This document shows, piece by piece, positions 39,549 to 50,313 of a DNA stretch of 64,000 nt. The position numbers and the translations under genes were made by a program. Numbering within the stretch: the first letter of the stretch is position 1; every line of letters starts with the position of its first letter. The notes beneath the pieces were generated by a model. The model did not search any database, had not been told where the DNA came from, and was given only the letters and a program-made list of their open reading frames with translations. Origin of the DNA: Ostreococcus lucimarinus (Eukaryota). The stretch lies in assembly GCA_000092065.1 (NCBI GenBank), contig CP000583.1; one strand, written 5' to 3'.

Positions 39549-39647
39549 CAACACGACAAAGGTGATGAAGCGATGATGATTGATGATTGAATATGTAAAA
39601 AATATGTATATGAATATGCGCGCCGCTACTGTACTTGAAGAATTTCG

Positions 39648-41609
39648 TTAAAGATTCCTCAACAACGTTTCGAGTTTAGTCATCGTCTCCTCCGAAAGCG
39701 CGGACGATGGGTTAGTGTTAATATACTCTAACTCCTCGCGCATTGTTTCTGTCGCGCGCTTGACCGCCTTGGCGAGCATATCTTCGACTTCTTCCGCAGT
39801 CTTATTGTTCGCGAAACCTTTTTGGATGGCAAACAAACCGACGGTTTGCTCGGCGAGCGACGCGACCTCTCCTTGCTTTTGCTTGAGGAAACCACGAATG
39901 GCCTCGGAGCGGCTACGAAGCTTGCTTTTTTCTGTTCCAGCGCTACCAAACGTACCCATGTCGTCCGATTGCATCAAATCGAGGCGAAGTTGAAGAAAGT
40001 TGAGCGAGCGGAAAGGCCCCGCAGCGCCCGGCGCGCCGATGCGACTCACCGAATCTTTCGCGCTGATGATCCATCCTTTCGCCGGATCGTACGAATCGAC
40101 AAAAACTTGACCATCAGTGATGGACATGAACTCTTCGACCATCGGTCGCGACTGCACGAACGCGGACTCGGGAAATTCGTCATCCGCCGTGGATACGTGC
40201 GCCGCCTTGGCTTTTTCCTCGAGCGCCTTGCGCAGCTTCTCTTGCACGGCGGCAGGCATGGAGTCGAAACCCTTGATCGATTCGACGCTGCTCGGGAGCA
40301 CAGCGCCACCCGAACCGGCGCCTTCGACCCCAGATTTGAACGTCTTCTTGTACGCCCCCTTCGGATGGTACATGACGCCCATGAGCGTGATGGACCCACC
40401 CTTGAGTTCGTCGTTCATTCTAGCAACGCGTTGGAGCGTCATACCTAAGAATCTGCGACGTTCGGCGAGTGAAGCGGAAATCAACATGCCCTCGTACTCT
40501 TCCATTTGCTCTTCCGTACCCTCGGCGACGTTCAACTGCGGTGCCATGCGCGCCATATCCTTGGTGAAGTTGACCAAGCCGGTGAAATCGTCGAGCACCA
40601 AGAGGACGTCTTCGCCCAAAGCACGCGCGCCCTCCGCGATGGCGAACGCCGTGCACGTGGCCGCGTAGCGCTCGGCCTCGCTCGGTTCATCGTCCACGGT
40701 CACGATCGTGGTGTGCGACATCGCCCCGTCTCCCTCTAATCGCTTCGCGACTTCGTCGACGCGAGACGCCTGGGCGCCCAGCGCCGCGTACACGCACCGC
40801 ACGCCCGTACTCCTTTGCGCCACGATCGATGTCAATCCGAGCTCGGAAAGTCCCGTTCCCGGTTCACCGCTCACCAGCATGCACTGCCCGCGCCCGACCG
40901 GGGCCAATAAATCCACAGCCTTGATCCCCGTCACGAGCGGCGTCGTGATCGGCTTTCTTTCCTCCACGCTCGGCGGTTCGCGCATCATCTTCGACGAATC
41001 CTCCGTTCCGGTCACCATCGCCGACCCATCCCTCGCCTCCCCGAACGCGTCCACGATCTTCCCTCGCGTCGCCCTCGCGCTCGGTCCCCACACGAACTCC
41101 GTCTTGCTCGCCTCCGCCGTCTTCCCCACCGCCCTCGCGCCGTCGCCCGTCCGTCGCCGCTCCCCTCCCTCGCCGCCGTCGAACATCAGCGCGAACGTCT
41201 TCGGTTCCCGATGGCTCAGCAGCACCGCCCGTCCGCCATCCGCGAATCGCAGCACCGCTCCCGGCGGCGCCGCGCTTCGCATGCCCTCCAGCGCGACGAC
41301 GCCGCCCCGCTCCGCCCGCGCGCACGTCCCGCTGAAATTCTTCATCCGATCCTCGTCCTCCACGCTCTCCACCGTCGGCGCCGCGCTCGATCGCGCGTCC
41401 TCCGGCACGGGTTTGCCCGCGATTCGCGCCCGCGCCACCGCCTCGGTCCCGCGCGCGCGCCGCGAGACGCCGTCGCCGCGATCGCCCGGTCGGCGGCGCG
41501 TCGCCGCGATCGTCGCCGTCGCGTCGCGTCGCGCGGGCGCGGCGCGGCGCGCGACGGCGCGACACGCGCGCGCGAGCGTCATCGCGCGATGCGGCGCGAC
41601 GGCGAGCAT
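39648..41609 (-). CDS. F1-ATPase alpha-subunit-like protein with degenerate Walker A (probable pseudo-ATPase), mitochondrial-type presequence
   Basis: Collinear with F1 alpha along its length. VTGIKAVDLLAPVGRGQCMLVSGEPGTGLSELGLTSIVAQ aligns with TGxKAVDxxxPIGRGQRELIIGDRQTGKT. VLLVLDDFTGLV aligns with ALIIYDDLSKQA. SITDGQVFVDS aligns with ITDGQIFL. SVSRIGAPGA aligns with SVSRVGGAAQ. FLKQKQGEVASLAEQTVGLFAIQKGF aligns with LLKQxQYxPxxVxxQVxxxxAxxxGY. ATG 41609 (MLAVAPHRAMTLARA...) lies inside track ORF 39648..41669. Confidence 0.8.
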   Translation of the reverse strand: MLAVAPHRAMTLARACRAVARRAAPARRDATATIAATRRRPGDRGDGVSRRARGTEAVARARIAGKPVPEDARSSAAPTVESVEDEDRMKNFSGTCARAERGGVVALEGMRSAAPPGAVLRFADGGRAVLLSHREPKTFALMFDGGEGGERRRTGDGARAVGKTAEASKTEFVWGPSARATRGKIVDAFGEARDGSAMVTGTEDSSKMMREPPSVEERKPITTPLVTGIKAVDLLAPVGRGQCMLVSGEPGTGLSELGLTSIVAQRSTGVRCVYAALGAQASRVDEVAKRLEGDGAMSHTTIVTVDDEPSEAERYAATCTAFAIAEGARALGEDVLLVLDDFTGLVNFTKDMARMAPQLNVAEGTEEQMEEYEGMLISASLAERRRFLGMTLQRVARMNDELKGGSITLMGVMYHPKGAYKKTFKSGVEGAGSGGAVLPSSVESIKGFDSMPAAVQEKLRKALEEKAKAAHVSTADDEFPESAFVQSRPMVEEFMSITDGQVFVDSYDPAKGWIISAKDSVSRIGAPGAAGPFRSLNFLQLRLDLMQSDDMGTFGSAGTEKSKLRSRSEAIRGFLKQKQGEVASLAEQTVGLFAIQKGFANNKTAEEVEDMLAKAVKRATETMREELEYINTNPSSALSEETMTKLETLLRNL

Positions 41610-41722
41610 GCCGACGCGCGCGCGTCGTCGCGGTGTGCGGCGGCGCCGTCGCGCGCGCGTCGGCCGCACTCGCGCGCGCGCCGAAGCGCCGCGCCGCGAC
41701 GACGCGACGCCGCGACGACGCG

Positions 41723-42568
41723 ATGGCGAAGAAGAAGGCGTCTCGAACGTCGCCCGCGGTCGAGCGCGCGCCGGCGCGCGCGAGCGACGGCGCGACGGCG
41801 ACGACGGGCGCGAACTGGGCGGCGCTGAAAAAGCGCATCAACGCCGGCGCGTCGAGCGCGGCCAAGGCGGCGGCCGCGGCGCGACGCGCGCTGGAGGACG
41901 TCGACGATGCGACGCGAACGCGCGACGGCGGGCGCGACGCGAGCGCGACGCCGAGGGCGACGGGACGGAACACGGCGGTGACGGCGGTGCTGGCGCTGGA
42001 CTGCGAGATGGTCGGCGTCGGCGCGGACGGGAAGCGGTCGATCCTCGCGCGAGCGTCCATCGTGAACGAGGATGGGAACGTGATCATGGACGCGCACGTG
42101 CTGCCGACGGAGCGGGTGACGGATTACAGGACGGCGGTGTCGGGGGTGCGAGCGAAGGATTTGACGGCGGCGAACGGCGCGGTGGCGTTTAAAAAGGTGC
42201 AGGCGCAGATGAGCGAACTGCTGAGGGGACGGATATTGGTGGGGCACTCCTTGAAGAATGATATGCGGGTGCTGATGCTGGATCATCCGAAGCGAGACAC
42301 GCGGGACACGAGTTTGTATCATCCGCTGACGAGGCCGTTGCGGCCGGAGGAGCGGTGCGTTCCGGGCGCGCCTCGCGGTCGCGGATGTCGCGCCCTGCGC
42401 GATCTCGCGCGGCAGCATTTAGGGTTAGAGATTCAAAAGGGCGAGCACTCCTCCGTGGACGACGCGCGGGCGACGTTGGCGCTGTATAAAAAGTTTGCCA
42501 AGCGGTGGGAGAGCGCGCTGCGCCGCGCCGACGGTAGAGACAAATTCAAAAAGCGTCGCGTCGACTAG
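41723..42568 (+). CDS. REX4: RNA exonuclease 4 (REX4 / ISG20-family DEDDh 3'-5' exonuclease)
   Basis: ATG 41723 (MAKKKASR...). ExoI is VLALDCEMVGVG. ExoII is ILVGHSLKNDMRVL. ExoIII is HSSVDDARATLALYKKF. Confidence 0.88.
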   Translation: MAKKKASRTSPAVERAPARASDGATATTGANWAALKKRINAGASSAAKAAAAARRALEDVDDATRTRDGGRDASATPRATGRNTAVTAVLALDCEMVGVGADGKRSILARASIVNEDGNVIMDAHVLPTERVTDYRTAVSGVRAKDLTAANGAVAFKKVQAQMSELLRGRILVGHSLKNDMRVLMLDHPKRDTRDTSLYHPLTRPLRPEERCVPGAPRGRGCRALRDLARQHLGLEIQKGEHSSVDDARATLALYKKFAKRWESALRRADGRDKFKKRRVD

Positions 42569-42781
42569 CGTCGATTCGTTCGATTCGCGTTTAATCGTCG
42601 TTTAATCGCACGTTTGTATCACCGAATCGCCCGCGCTTCGCCGCCGCGTCGATGAGGCGAGTCGTCCCGCCGCGCCTCGCCTCGGCCCGCGACTCAAAGT
42701 CGTTGCCAGCCTCGGATCGTCACATCGAACCGCACCCCGCCCGCGCGCGCGCATCTCGCGCGCGCGACGCGACGCGAAACG

Positions 42782-44263
42782 ATGGCGACCGCCGTGCTGT
42801 CGTCCATGGACGTCGACGCGCGACCGCAAACGGGTCTGCGCGCGTATTACGACGCGAAAATCGAAGAGTTGGAGGTTCGCCTGCGCGACAAGACGCAGAA
42901 TCTTCGACGCTTAGAGGCGCAGAGAAATGAATTGAACGGACGAGGTGCGCGGAGCGCGCGTGAGAAGGGCGTCGTCGTCGTCGATCGCGCGAGCGCGGTG
43001 CGCGAACGGACGCGAAAGCGTGATGAGAGGAACGATCGAGGCGAGATCGCGAACGACGCGCGAACGACGAGCGAAGACTGACTTTGAATTTCGTTCGGTT
43101 TACCGCGCGCGCGCAGTTCGATCGCTTCGCGAGGAATTGCACATGTTGCAGGAACCCGGATCGTACGTCGGGGAGGTGGTGAAGGTGATGGGGAAGAAGA
43201 AAGTGTTGGTCAAGGTGAGCGGACGACTCGCCCGCGCGGCGCGCCGAGCGCGCGGAGACGGCGAGAGAGGAAAGAATACTGACAGTTTGTGTTTCGCGCG
43301 CAGGTGCACCCGGAGGGAAAATACGTGTGTGATATGGACAAGAGCATCGATGTGACGAAACTGACGGCGGGGACTCGGGTGGCGTTGAGGAACGATTCGT
43401 ACACGCTGCACGTGATCCTTCCGTCGAACATCGACCCGCTCGTGTCGCTCATGAAGGTTGAAAAGGTTCCCGATTCCACGTTCGATATGATTGGTGGATT
43501 GGATCAGCAAGTGAAGGAGATCAAGGAAGTCGTGGAGTTACCGATCAAGCACCCAGAGCTTTTCGACGCGCTCGGGATCGCGCAACCGAAGGGGGTCATC
43601 CTTTACGGTCCCCCGGGTACCGGGAAGACGCTCTTGGCTCGTGCCGTTGCGCACCACACCGATTGCTGCTTCATTCGCGTGTCTGGTTCGGAATTAGTTC
43701 AAAAGTACATAGGAGAAGGGGCGCGGATGGTTCGTGAACTGTTCGTCATGGCTCGCGAGCACGCGCCGAGCATCTTGTTCATGGATGAAGTAGATTCTAT
43801 CGGTAGCGCTCGCGACGGAGGCGGCGGAGGTGGAGGCGACAGCGAAGTGCAGCGTACGATGCTTGAACTGCTCAACCAGCTCGACGGTTTCGAGGCGACG
43901 AACAAGATTAAGGTGATCATGGCCACGAACCGCCTCGATATCCTCGATCAGGCGCTTCTTCGTCCGGGCCGCATCGATCGTAAAATCGAGTTCCCCAATC
44001 CATCTGAAGACAGCCGCGTCGATATTCTCAAGATTCATAGCCGCAAGATGAACCTCGTTCGCGGGATCGATCTTAAGAAGATCGCGAGCAAGATGGGTGG
44101 GGCTTCCGGGGCAGAATCCAAGGCGGTGTGCACCGAGGCCGGAATGTTCGCGCTTCGCGAACGTCGCGTCCACGTCACGCAAGAAGACTTTGAAATGGCC
44201 GTATCCAAGGTGATGCAAAAGGATAGCGAAAAGAACATTTCCGTGAAAAAGCTCTTTTCGTAA
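42782..44263 (+). CDS. RPT6: 26S proteasome regulatory subunit 8 (RPT6 / PSMC5), 3 exons
   Basis: Exons are 42782..42944, 43117..43214 and 43304..44263. The spliced product reads ...[86 protein letters not shown]...[46 protein letters not shown]... This is collinear residue-for-residue with human PSMC5 as I recall it. Confidence 0.95.
42945..43116 (+). other. RPT6 intron 1 (172 nt)
   Basis: Donor CGAG|GTGCGCGG. Branch AGACTGAC lies about 40 nt upstream of the acceptor GCGCGCAG|TT. Phase 1; it restores [14 protein letters not shown]. Confidence 0.85.
43215..43303 (+). other. RPT6 intron 2 (89 nt)
   Basis: Donor AAG|GTGAGCGG. Branch ATACTGAC. Acceptor GCGCGCAG|GTGCAC. Phase 0; it restores VLVK-VHPEGK. 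Confidence 0.88.
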
Positions 44264-44330
44264 AGATTTACGTACTTAGCGATTGTAAGACGAGAGAAAC
44301 GTCGAGTGTTAAAAATTTATAACAACTTTT

Positions 44331-45980
44331 TTAAGCGATGGACGTCTGATAGGCTTCCCAACCAGCCGCGCGGTACTCCTTCGCGGCGGCGGCAGGGTCG
44401 GATGCCTTGTAAATGCCGCGACCGACGATGATAACATCGCTTCCGTTTTCCACGATAACATTATGCGGGGTGTTGTACTGCTGGCCCATGGCGTCGCCGC
44501 CCACCTGAAGTTGCACTCCCGGAGTCATGTTGATGAGACCCTTGCTCCACTCCGCCTTCCACGCCTTCGGGTTGGTGGAGATGAAACCCATGACAAAGTC
44601 GGGGTGTTGGGCAGCCATACCGATCGCGGCTTCGGTGTACTCACCCTTGGCCATCGTGCCCTTGGAGCTCATCTCCGCGAGAAGGAGCAAACCGCGACCC
44701 TTGGAAAGACCGACGGACTTCAAGCCGTCGATGATGCCGCTCCCCGGGACGATGTGCGCGTTCGTGATGTGACTCCAGTCCGCAATCTTATGCACACCGC
44801 TGCTGTACTGCCCGACCACGGTGTTACCGATGTCGGCAAACTTGCGATCTTCGAAAATCATAAAGTTGTGCTTTTCCGCAATGGCCATCAGTTGGGCGCC
44901 GAAGGACTCGGTGAAGTCAGGGTAGAGGTCGCAGTGCGTCTTGAGCATGCAGATTTCCGGACCGAGAATTTCAGCCATCTCCAAAAGTTCCTTCGCCGTG
45001 TCCACGTCGGCGGCGACGCACAAGTTGGTCTTCTTCGTCTCCATCAACTTGAACAACTGCTTGGCGCACGCGTTATCGGTGAGCTCAGAGCGAGCCGTGT
45101 AAGACATTCGCGTCGGTTTCTTGACTTCGGCGCCGGCGACGGGCATGGTTTGATTCGCCGCGATGAAATCCTTTACGTTCTGCACGAGTTCGGAGCTGCG
45201 AAAGAAATTAAAACAAAACAGTCAGTCATCCGTCGCGACGAGAAATCACCCGCCGGCGCGGCGGCACTCGCGTGTCGGTGCATATCCACCTCGACGACTC
45301 ATAGAAGAGAACCGTCGAGGGAAAGGGTTACGGAGCTACCGGAATTCAATATTGCGTGCATGAAAATTCGAAAACGCGTGTGATTTCGCGCAGACGAGAA
45401 GACTGAAGCACGCCCGCGCTAGCGAACGTTTCGACGCGCTCGCGCACCTCATTTTACCGGCCGCTTCCAACGTCTTCAAGACGCGAGATAACGGCAAGAC
45501 GGAGTGCAAGCGAAGCCCGTGCGAGGCTAAGCGCGCCTCCCCTCCCTGTTCACGATCGATCAACACCACAACGTCCTTCACCTTCAGCCCCACGCTCTCG
45601 AGCGGTTCCACCGTCTCCATCACCGACGCCCCGCTCGTGACCAAATCCTCCACGCACAGGCACGTTTGTCCCGCCTCAAACGCCCCCTCGATCTGTTTCT
45701 TCGTCCCATACGCCTTCACTTCTTTCCGTCGCATCAACATCGGGCAATCATGCGCCAACGACATGCACGTCGCGATCGGCAGCGCCGTATACGGCACCCC
45801 GCACATGTTATCAAACGTCGCCCCGTTCGCCTTCAGCGTCTCCCACATGCACTCCGCCACCGCCGTCAGCACGTCCGGGTAGCTCACGATCACGCGAAGA
45901 TCGACGTATATCGGCGACATGATCCCAGATTTCAGTTTAAACTCCCCAAACTTCACCGCTTCGATCTCGTGCAGCCGCAT
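44331..45980 (-). CDS. UMPS: Bifunctional UMP synthase (orotate phosphoribosyltransferase + OMP decarboxylase), 2 exons
   Basis: Exon 1 is 45980..45448 (OPRT: [22 protein letters not shown]... [18 protein letters not shown]...VLIDREQGG...[19 protein letters not shown]). Exon 2 is 45195..44331 (ODC: TNLCVAADV...[14 protein letters not shown]...[15 protein letters not shown]...[12 protein letters not shown]...VIIVGRGIY). The track ODC ORF begins on GTG. Splicing gives [19 protein letters not shown]. Confidence 0.93.
45196..45447 (-). other. UMPS intron (252 nt) in the OPRT-ODC linker
   Basis: Minus-strand donor ATGAG|GTGCGCGAGCGCG. Branch GATGACTGAC. Acceptor TTTCTTTCGCAG|C. Phase 2. The interior is AT-richer than the flanks. 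Confidence 0.85.
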
Positions 45981-46539
45981 GACGAGCGCTGCGCATCGGT
46001 TTGAAATCGCCGTCGCCCGTCAGTCATCCCATCGTCGTCCGTCGTCCGCGTCGCTTCGTCCGCGCGTTCGGTCCACTCGCGCATCGCGCGCGACGTCGCG
46101 CGCACCGTCGATCTTGGCGTCCATGGCGACCTCGTCGCGTCGTCGCGCGGCGCGATGTGGCGCGGCGTCGCGCCGTCGCCGTGTGCGCCTCCATTGATGG
46201 CGTTAAAACCACGCTTCGTACGCGCGCGTCCTCGCACGATGGATCGTTTTAAAGCCATCACGCGGCGTCGCGCGCGCGCCACAACCCTCGCGGCGCGCGA
46301 CGTCGCACGCGTCGGCACCACACGACGCACGCCCGCGCGCGCCGCGACGCGAATCATGTTCGCCACGCACACGTCCCAAATTTCTGCGCTTCGCGCCGCG
46401 CCCGCGAAGACGCGCGCGACGGTGCGTCGCGAAGAACGCGCGACGACGCGAGGCGACGACGAAACCCTGAATGACGTCGCGACGCGAACGCGCTCGGAGG
46501 GGCGCGCGACGCGCGCGATGGGGCGCGAACGCGCGATGA

Positions 46540-47167
46540 ATGACTGACGCAATTTTTATTCGATGTGGTTTTCGATCGACGCAGACGAAGGCTCGCGCGG
46601 CGACGGCGCAAGCGGTGCGTGAGACGATGCGACGTGACCCTGATTTCGCGATGGGGGCGACGACGCGCGCGAGGCCTCGCGCGTGTGAACGGCGGCGCGC
46701 GCGCGTCGCGCGCCGGTGGTGCGCGCGTGGATTTATTCTAAACCGTTCGGTTCGCGGTCTGCGCGCGAACGCGCGATGGCGCGGGCGAGGAGGCGCAGGC
46801 GATGATGGGTGGGACAAAGGATGGTGACTGACTGAGCGTTCGCGTACGACAGGCCGCGGTGCAAGCGTCCAAGATTCGCATTCGCCTTCGATCTTTCGAG
46901 ACGAACCACATGCAGAGCGCGTGTGATAAGATTCTTGAGGCGGCGAAGGCGACGGAGGCGCGCGTCTCCGGACCGGTGCCGCTCCCGACGAAGCGCCGCA
47001 TCTTTTGCGTGTTGCGCTCGCCGCACGTGAACAAGGACAGCCGGGAACACTTTGAGACGCGCACGCACCACCGATTGATTGATGTTCATCAGCCGACGGC
47101 GCAAACTATTGATGCGCTCATGGCGCTTGAGCTTCCGTCCGGGGTTGACGTGGAAATCAAGCTCTAG
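46540..47167 (+). CDS. RPS10: Organellar (bacterial-type) ribosomal protein S10 (uS10), proposed 2 exons
   Basis: Exon 2 is 46853..47167 ([78 protein letters not shown]...[10 protein letters not shown]), a clear bacterial-type S10. The track ORF starts on GTG directly after an acceptor (GACTGACTGAGCGTTCGCGTACGACAG|). Proposed exon 1 is 46540..46614 ([25 protein letters not shown]), ending at donor GCG|GTGCGTGAG, phase 0. Exon 1 is less certain than exon 2. Confidence 0.75.
46615..46852 (+). other. Proposed intron (238 nt) of organellar RPS10
   Basis: Strong donor GTGCGTGAG at 46615. Branch GTGACTGAC lies about 25 nt before acceptor CAG at 46850-46852. The frames match at phase 0. Confidence 0.55.
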
Positions 47168-47373
47168 ACGCGAGACGATTATTTCATTTTCAGGATAGGG
47201 CGAGGTGTCGCGACGCGAGGGAAGTCGTCGCGGCGGAGTGTTTAGAGGGAGTGCGGCGGCGCCGTGCTTTGTAATCCAGACTAGTCTGCATTAACAAACA
47301 ATCATAAATAAATCCCGCGCTCTCGCGACGCGGGATTCATCGCTAAATTAGCTAGAGCGCGACGGATTCGCGA

Positions 47374-48420
47374 TCAAAAGTCGTCGTCGTCGAATTCGCC
47401 GCTCGTCACCATGTCGTGGTCGCCGTCCATTTGCGCGTCGTGATGATCGCGCTCGGCGCCCTCGTAGGGCGTTTTCGCCTCCTCCACGATGGCGAGGATC
47501 TCTTCTATGGACATCGTGCTCGTCGGGCTGGCGTTCGTGGGATTCGCCGCGATAGCGTCGTCGACGAGTTCGATCGGCAAATCGATGAGAAACCAAGGAT
47601 GGGCTTTGATTCCAGCGATGTCGATGCGCTTCGCGGCGTCCACGACAAAAATACGCTGAATCAAGTCCAAACACCCCGCGCTGAGCTCGACTCCGGGAGG
47701 AATGGCGTAATCGCAGCTCCGAATCTTTAAAATCGTGCTTCGGAAATCTCGCGGTTTGCGTCGATCCTCAAACGGGTACTTACCGCACAGCATCACGAAC
47801 AGCGTCACCCCGCACGACCAAACGTCCGCAGTCTTACCATCGTACGGTTTCCGTTCCAACACTTCCGGGGCGATGTACGCCGGCGTCCCCACCGTGCTCT
47901 TCGGATCGCTATCGATGAACGCGTTCTTCGAGTATCCGAAATCGCAAATTTTCAACCGCGGCACCGCGTCGCCGTCCAGCAGCGTGTTCTCCAATTTCAA
48001 GTCCCTGTGCGCCACGCCCTTGGCGTGACAGTGCGCCACCCCCGAAATCAACTGCTGAAAGAAGTACCTCGCCTCCGCCTCGCAAAATTTCCCCTTTTTC
48101 AAAATCCTATCGAACAGCTCCCCCCCGCTCGCGTACTCCATCGCGATGGCCAGATGCGTCTTCGTCAGCACCACCTCGATGAATCGCACCACGTTCCCGT
48201 GCGTCAGCAGCCTGTGGTTCACCAGCTCCCGCTTCACGTTCTCGTCGATCCTCGCCCCTCGCTCGATGTACTTTATCGCCACCAGCTCGTTCGTCCGCTT
48301 GCTTCGCATCAGTTTCGCCGTGCCAAAGTTTCCGCATCCGAGCACGCGCGCGCGCGACGACGGTCCATCGGGCGGCGCGTACAGATCGCTCAGCTCTCGC
48401 GCGAGCGCGCGGTGCGCCAT
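47374..48420 (-). CDS. SnRK2-type serine/threonine protein kinase
   Basis: In-frame ATG 48420 ([10 protein letters not shown]...). Kinase motifs: [52 protein letters not shown]. The SnRK2-like box reads [35 protein letters not shown]. The C-terminal tail is acidic (EFDDDDF). Confidence 0.9.
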   Translation of the reverse strand: MAHRALARELSDLYAPPDGPSSRARVLGCGNFGTAKLMRSKRTNELVAIKYIERGARIDENVKRELVNHRLLTHGNVVRFIEVVLTKTHLAIAMEYASGGELFDRILKKGKFCEAEARYFFQQLISGVAHCHAKGVAHRDLKLENTLLDGDAVPRLKICDFGYSKNAFIDSDPKSTVGTPAYIAPEVLERKPYDGKTADVWSCGVTLFVMLCGKYPFEDRRKPRDFRSTILKIRSCDYAIPPGVELSAGCLDLIQRIFVVDAAKRIDIAGIKAHPWFLIDLPIELVDDAIAANPTNASPTSTMSIEEILAIVEEAKTPYEGAERDHHDAQMDGDHDMVTSGEFDDDDF

Positions 48421-48912
48421 CGCGCGATCCGCGCGCGCCGTCCTCTGTCGCCGCGCCGCCGCGCGCGCCACCGCGCGCCGCGCGCGCGCGCCCGTAACAA
48501 AACACACGGACCGCGAACCGCCGCGCCGTACACCCGCGCCCTCGCATCGTATGCGCAAACAGTCACGCGTCGACGCGTGTGCTCGACATAAATCGTTCCC
48601 CCGTCCGCATACGCATACGGACGCGCGCGAGCGGTATCATCGGCGTCGAAGGTTCGCGCCGTCGCGCGAAGGTTCGCGCGGCGTCGGCGCCGAACGCGCG
48701 ACGCGCGCGGGTCAACGCGCCGCACACGTCGACGACACCGCGCGTCGACGCGACCGCGAGGAAGCGTCGAAGCGCGAGGAAACGCGACTCGCGAGACGCG
48801 CGCGACCGGCGAGAGACGCGCGCGACGACGCACGGCGCGAGAATCGCGGGATCTGCGGCGCGATTGGCGATCGAATCGGATCGAATCTCGAGCGACGACG
48901 CACGGCGCGACG

Positions 48913-50154
48913 ATGGCGGGATGCGCGAAGATGACGGTGGCGGTGCTGAAGGAGGAACTGAAGAAGCGCGGATTGGACGCGACGGGGCTGAAGGCGGCGC
49001 TCGTGGCGCGATTGGAGGAAGCGATGGCGGGCGAGGACGACGGGGCGGCGGCTGAGGCGGCGGCGCCGGAGGAGGAAGAGGCGAAGGAAGAGCCGAAGGA
49101 AGAGGCTGGGGAGGAAGAGGACGTGCGAGCGAAGGCGGAGGAAATGGCGGAGAAGGCCATGGCGGAGCACGCGGCGAGCGAGAAGAAACGCGAGCGATCT
49201 CCCGAACAAGACGACGCGCCTCCGGAGGCGAAGAGCGCGAAGTCGGACGGCGAACACGCCGCGGCGCCGAGCTCGGCGCAGGGTGGCCTGACCAAGGATG
49301 GGCAAAATCTCGCCACGTATGAGATGCCGGACGGTCAAGTGCGCAAGGACGTGCCGACGCAAGGCAACGAAGGGCGCATCATCGGTCGCGGCGGCTCAAA
49401 GATTCGTGAATTACAAGACATGTTCCGAACGCGCATCACCATGAACCGACCGGCGGGTTTGGCTGAAGTTGTCGGTATGTTGGATCACGTGAACGATTGC
49501 TGCGACGAAATCACTCGTATTGTCGAGGACGGTAACGTCCGCGAAGCTGCCGAGCGCGCGGGTCAGCCCGTCCCGGGCGGCGCCTATAGCTCGTACGGTG
49601 GCGGCGGCTTCGGCGGCGGCGGCGGCGGCTTCGGCGGCGGCGGCTTCGGCGGTGGCGGCGGCGGCGGCGGCGGCGGTCCTTTCAGCGGCCATATGGAACG
49701 CGTCCCGTGCGAAGGTCAAGAGGGGCGCATCATCGGCCGCGGCGGGGAAAATATTCGTCGCGTCGAGTCCCAAACCGGCACTCGCATCAAGATGAACCGC
49801 GTCGACAACGTCGCCGAAGTGTACGGTACCCCGGCGCAGTGCACCGAAGCCGTGCGCATGATCCAAGAGTACATTCACACCGCGCCGAACCGCGGTGGTG
49901 GTGGCTTTGGCGGCGGCGGGTTTGGTCAACAAGGCGGCTACGGCGGCGGGTACCAGCAGCAAAGCTTCGGCCAGCAAGCCGGCTACGGCGGCGGATACCA
50001 GCAGCAAGCCGGCTACGGCCAACCGGCGTACGGCGCCCCGGCGGGCGGTGCGCCGCTCCCGCACGGCTGGGAGGAAGTCAACCCGGGTAACGGTGGGCCA
50101 GTGTATTATTGGGACACGGTTTCGAACACAACGACCTACACTCGCCCGACGTGA
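48913..50154 (+). CDS. SAP-domain / double KH-domain / Gly-rich / WW-domain RNA-binding protein
   Basis: ATG at 48913. SAP domain: TVAVLKEELKKRGLDATGLKAALVARLEEA. Two KH GxxG cores: EGRIIGRGGSKIRELQ and EGRIIGRGGENIRRVESQTG. There are Gly/Tyr/Gln-rich low-complexity stretches. C-terminal WW domain: LPHGWEEVNPGNGGPVYYWDTVSNTTTYTRP. Confidence 0.85.
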   Translation: MAGCAKMTVAVLKEELKKRGLDATGLKAALVARLEEAMAGEDDGAAAEAAAPEEEEAKEEPKEEAGEEEDVRAKAEEMAEKAMAEHAASEKKRERSPEQDDAPPEAKSAKSDGEHAAAPSSAQGGLTKDGQNLATYEMPDGQVRKDVPTQGNEGRIIGRGGSKIRELQDMFRTRITMNRPAGLAEVVGMLDHVNDCCDEITRIVEDGNVREAAERAGQPVPGGAYSSYGGGGFGGGGGGFGGGGFGGGGGGGGGGPFSGHMERVPCEGQEGRIIGRGGENIRRVESQTGTRIKMNRVDNVAEVYGTPAQCTEAVRMIQEYIHTAPNRGGGGFGGGGFGQQGGYGGGYQQQSFGQQAGYGGGYQQQAGYGQPAYGAPAGGAPLPHGWEEVNPGNGGPVYYWDTVSNTTTYTRPT

Positions 50155-50313
50155 AGCGTTTACCAGCCCAGCCAGCCAACCGGTAGTTGCGACTTAGACA
50201 CGGCGGTTTCTACACAAAGGAATCATCTTACGTTCTTCGTGCCTACACAAAACAATCTTACAGTCGTACCGAATCATCGTTGAAGCGATGTGAAGCGATC
50301 GCATTAATAAAAC

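Noticed and set aside
43020-43095. Possible intronic box C/D snoRNA in RPT6 intron 1 (TGATGA at about 43029, CTGA at about 43079).
   Set aside because: The CTGA is part of the ACTGAC branch box present in every intron here. The bases flanking the boxes do not form a terminal stem (only G-C, G-U and A-U scattered). I could identify no rRNA-complementary guide.
42945-46852. Looked for Micromonas-type introner elements (families of near-identical introns).
   Set aside because: The seven introns share only the donor (GTGCG), the branch box and the acceptor. Their interiors are unrelated by eye, so nothing in this window supports introner-like repeats.
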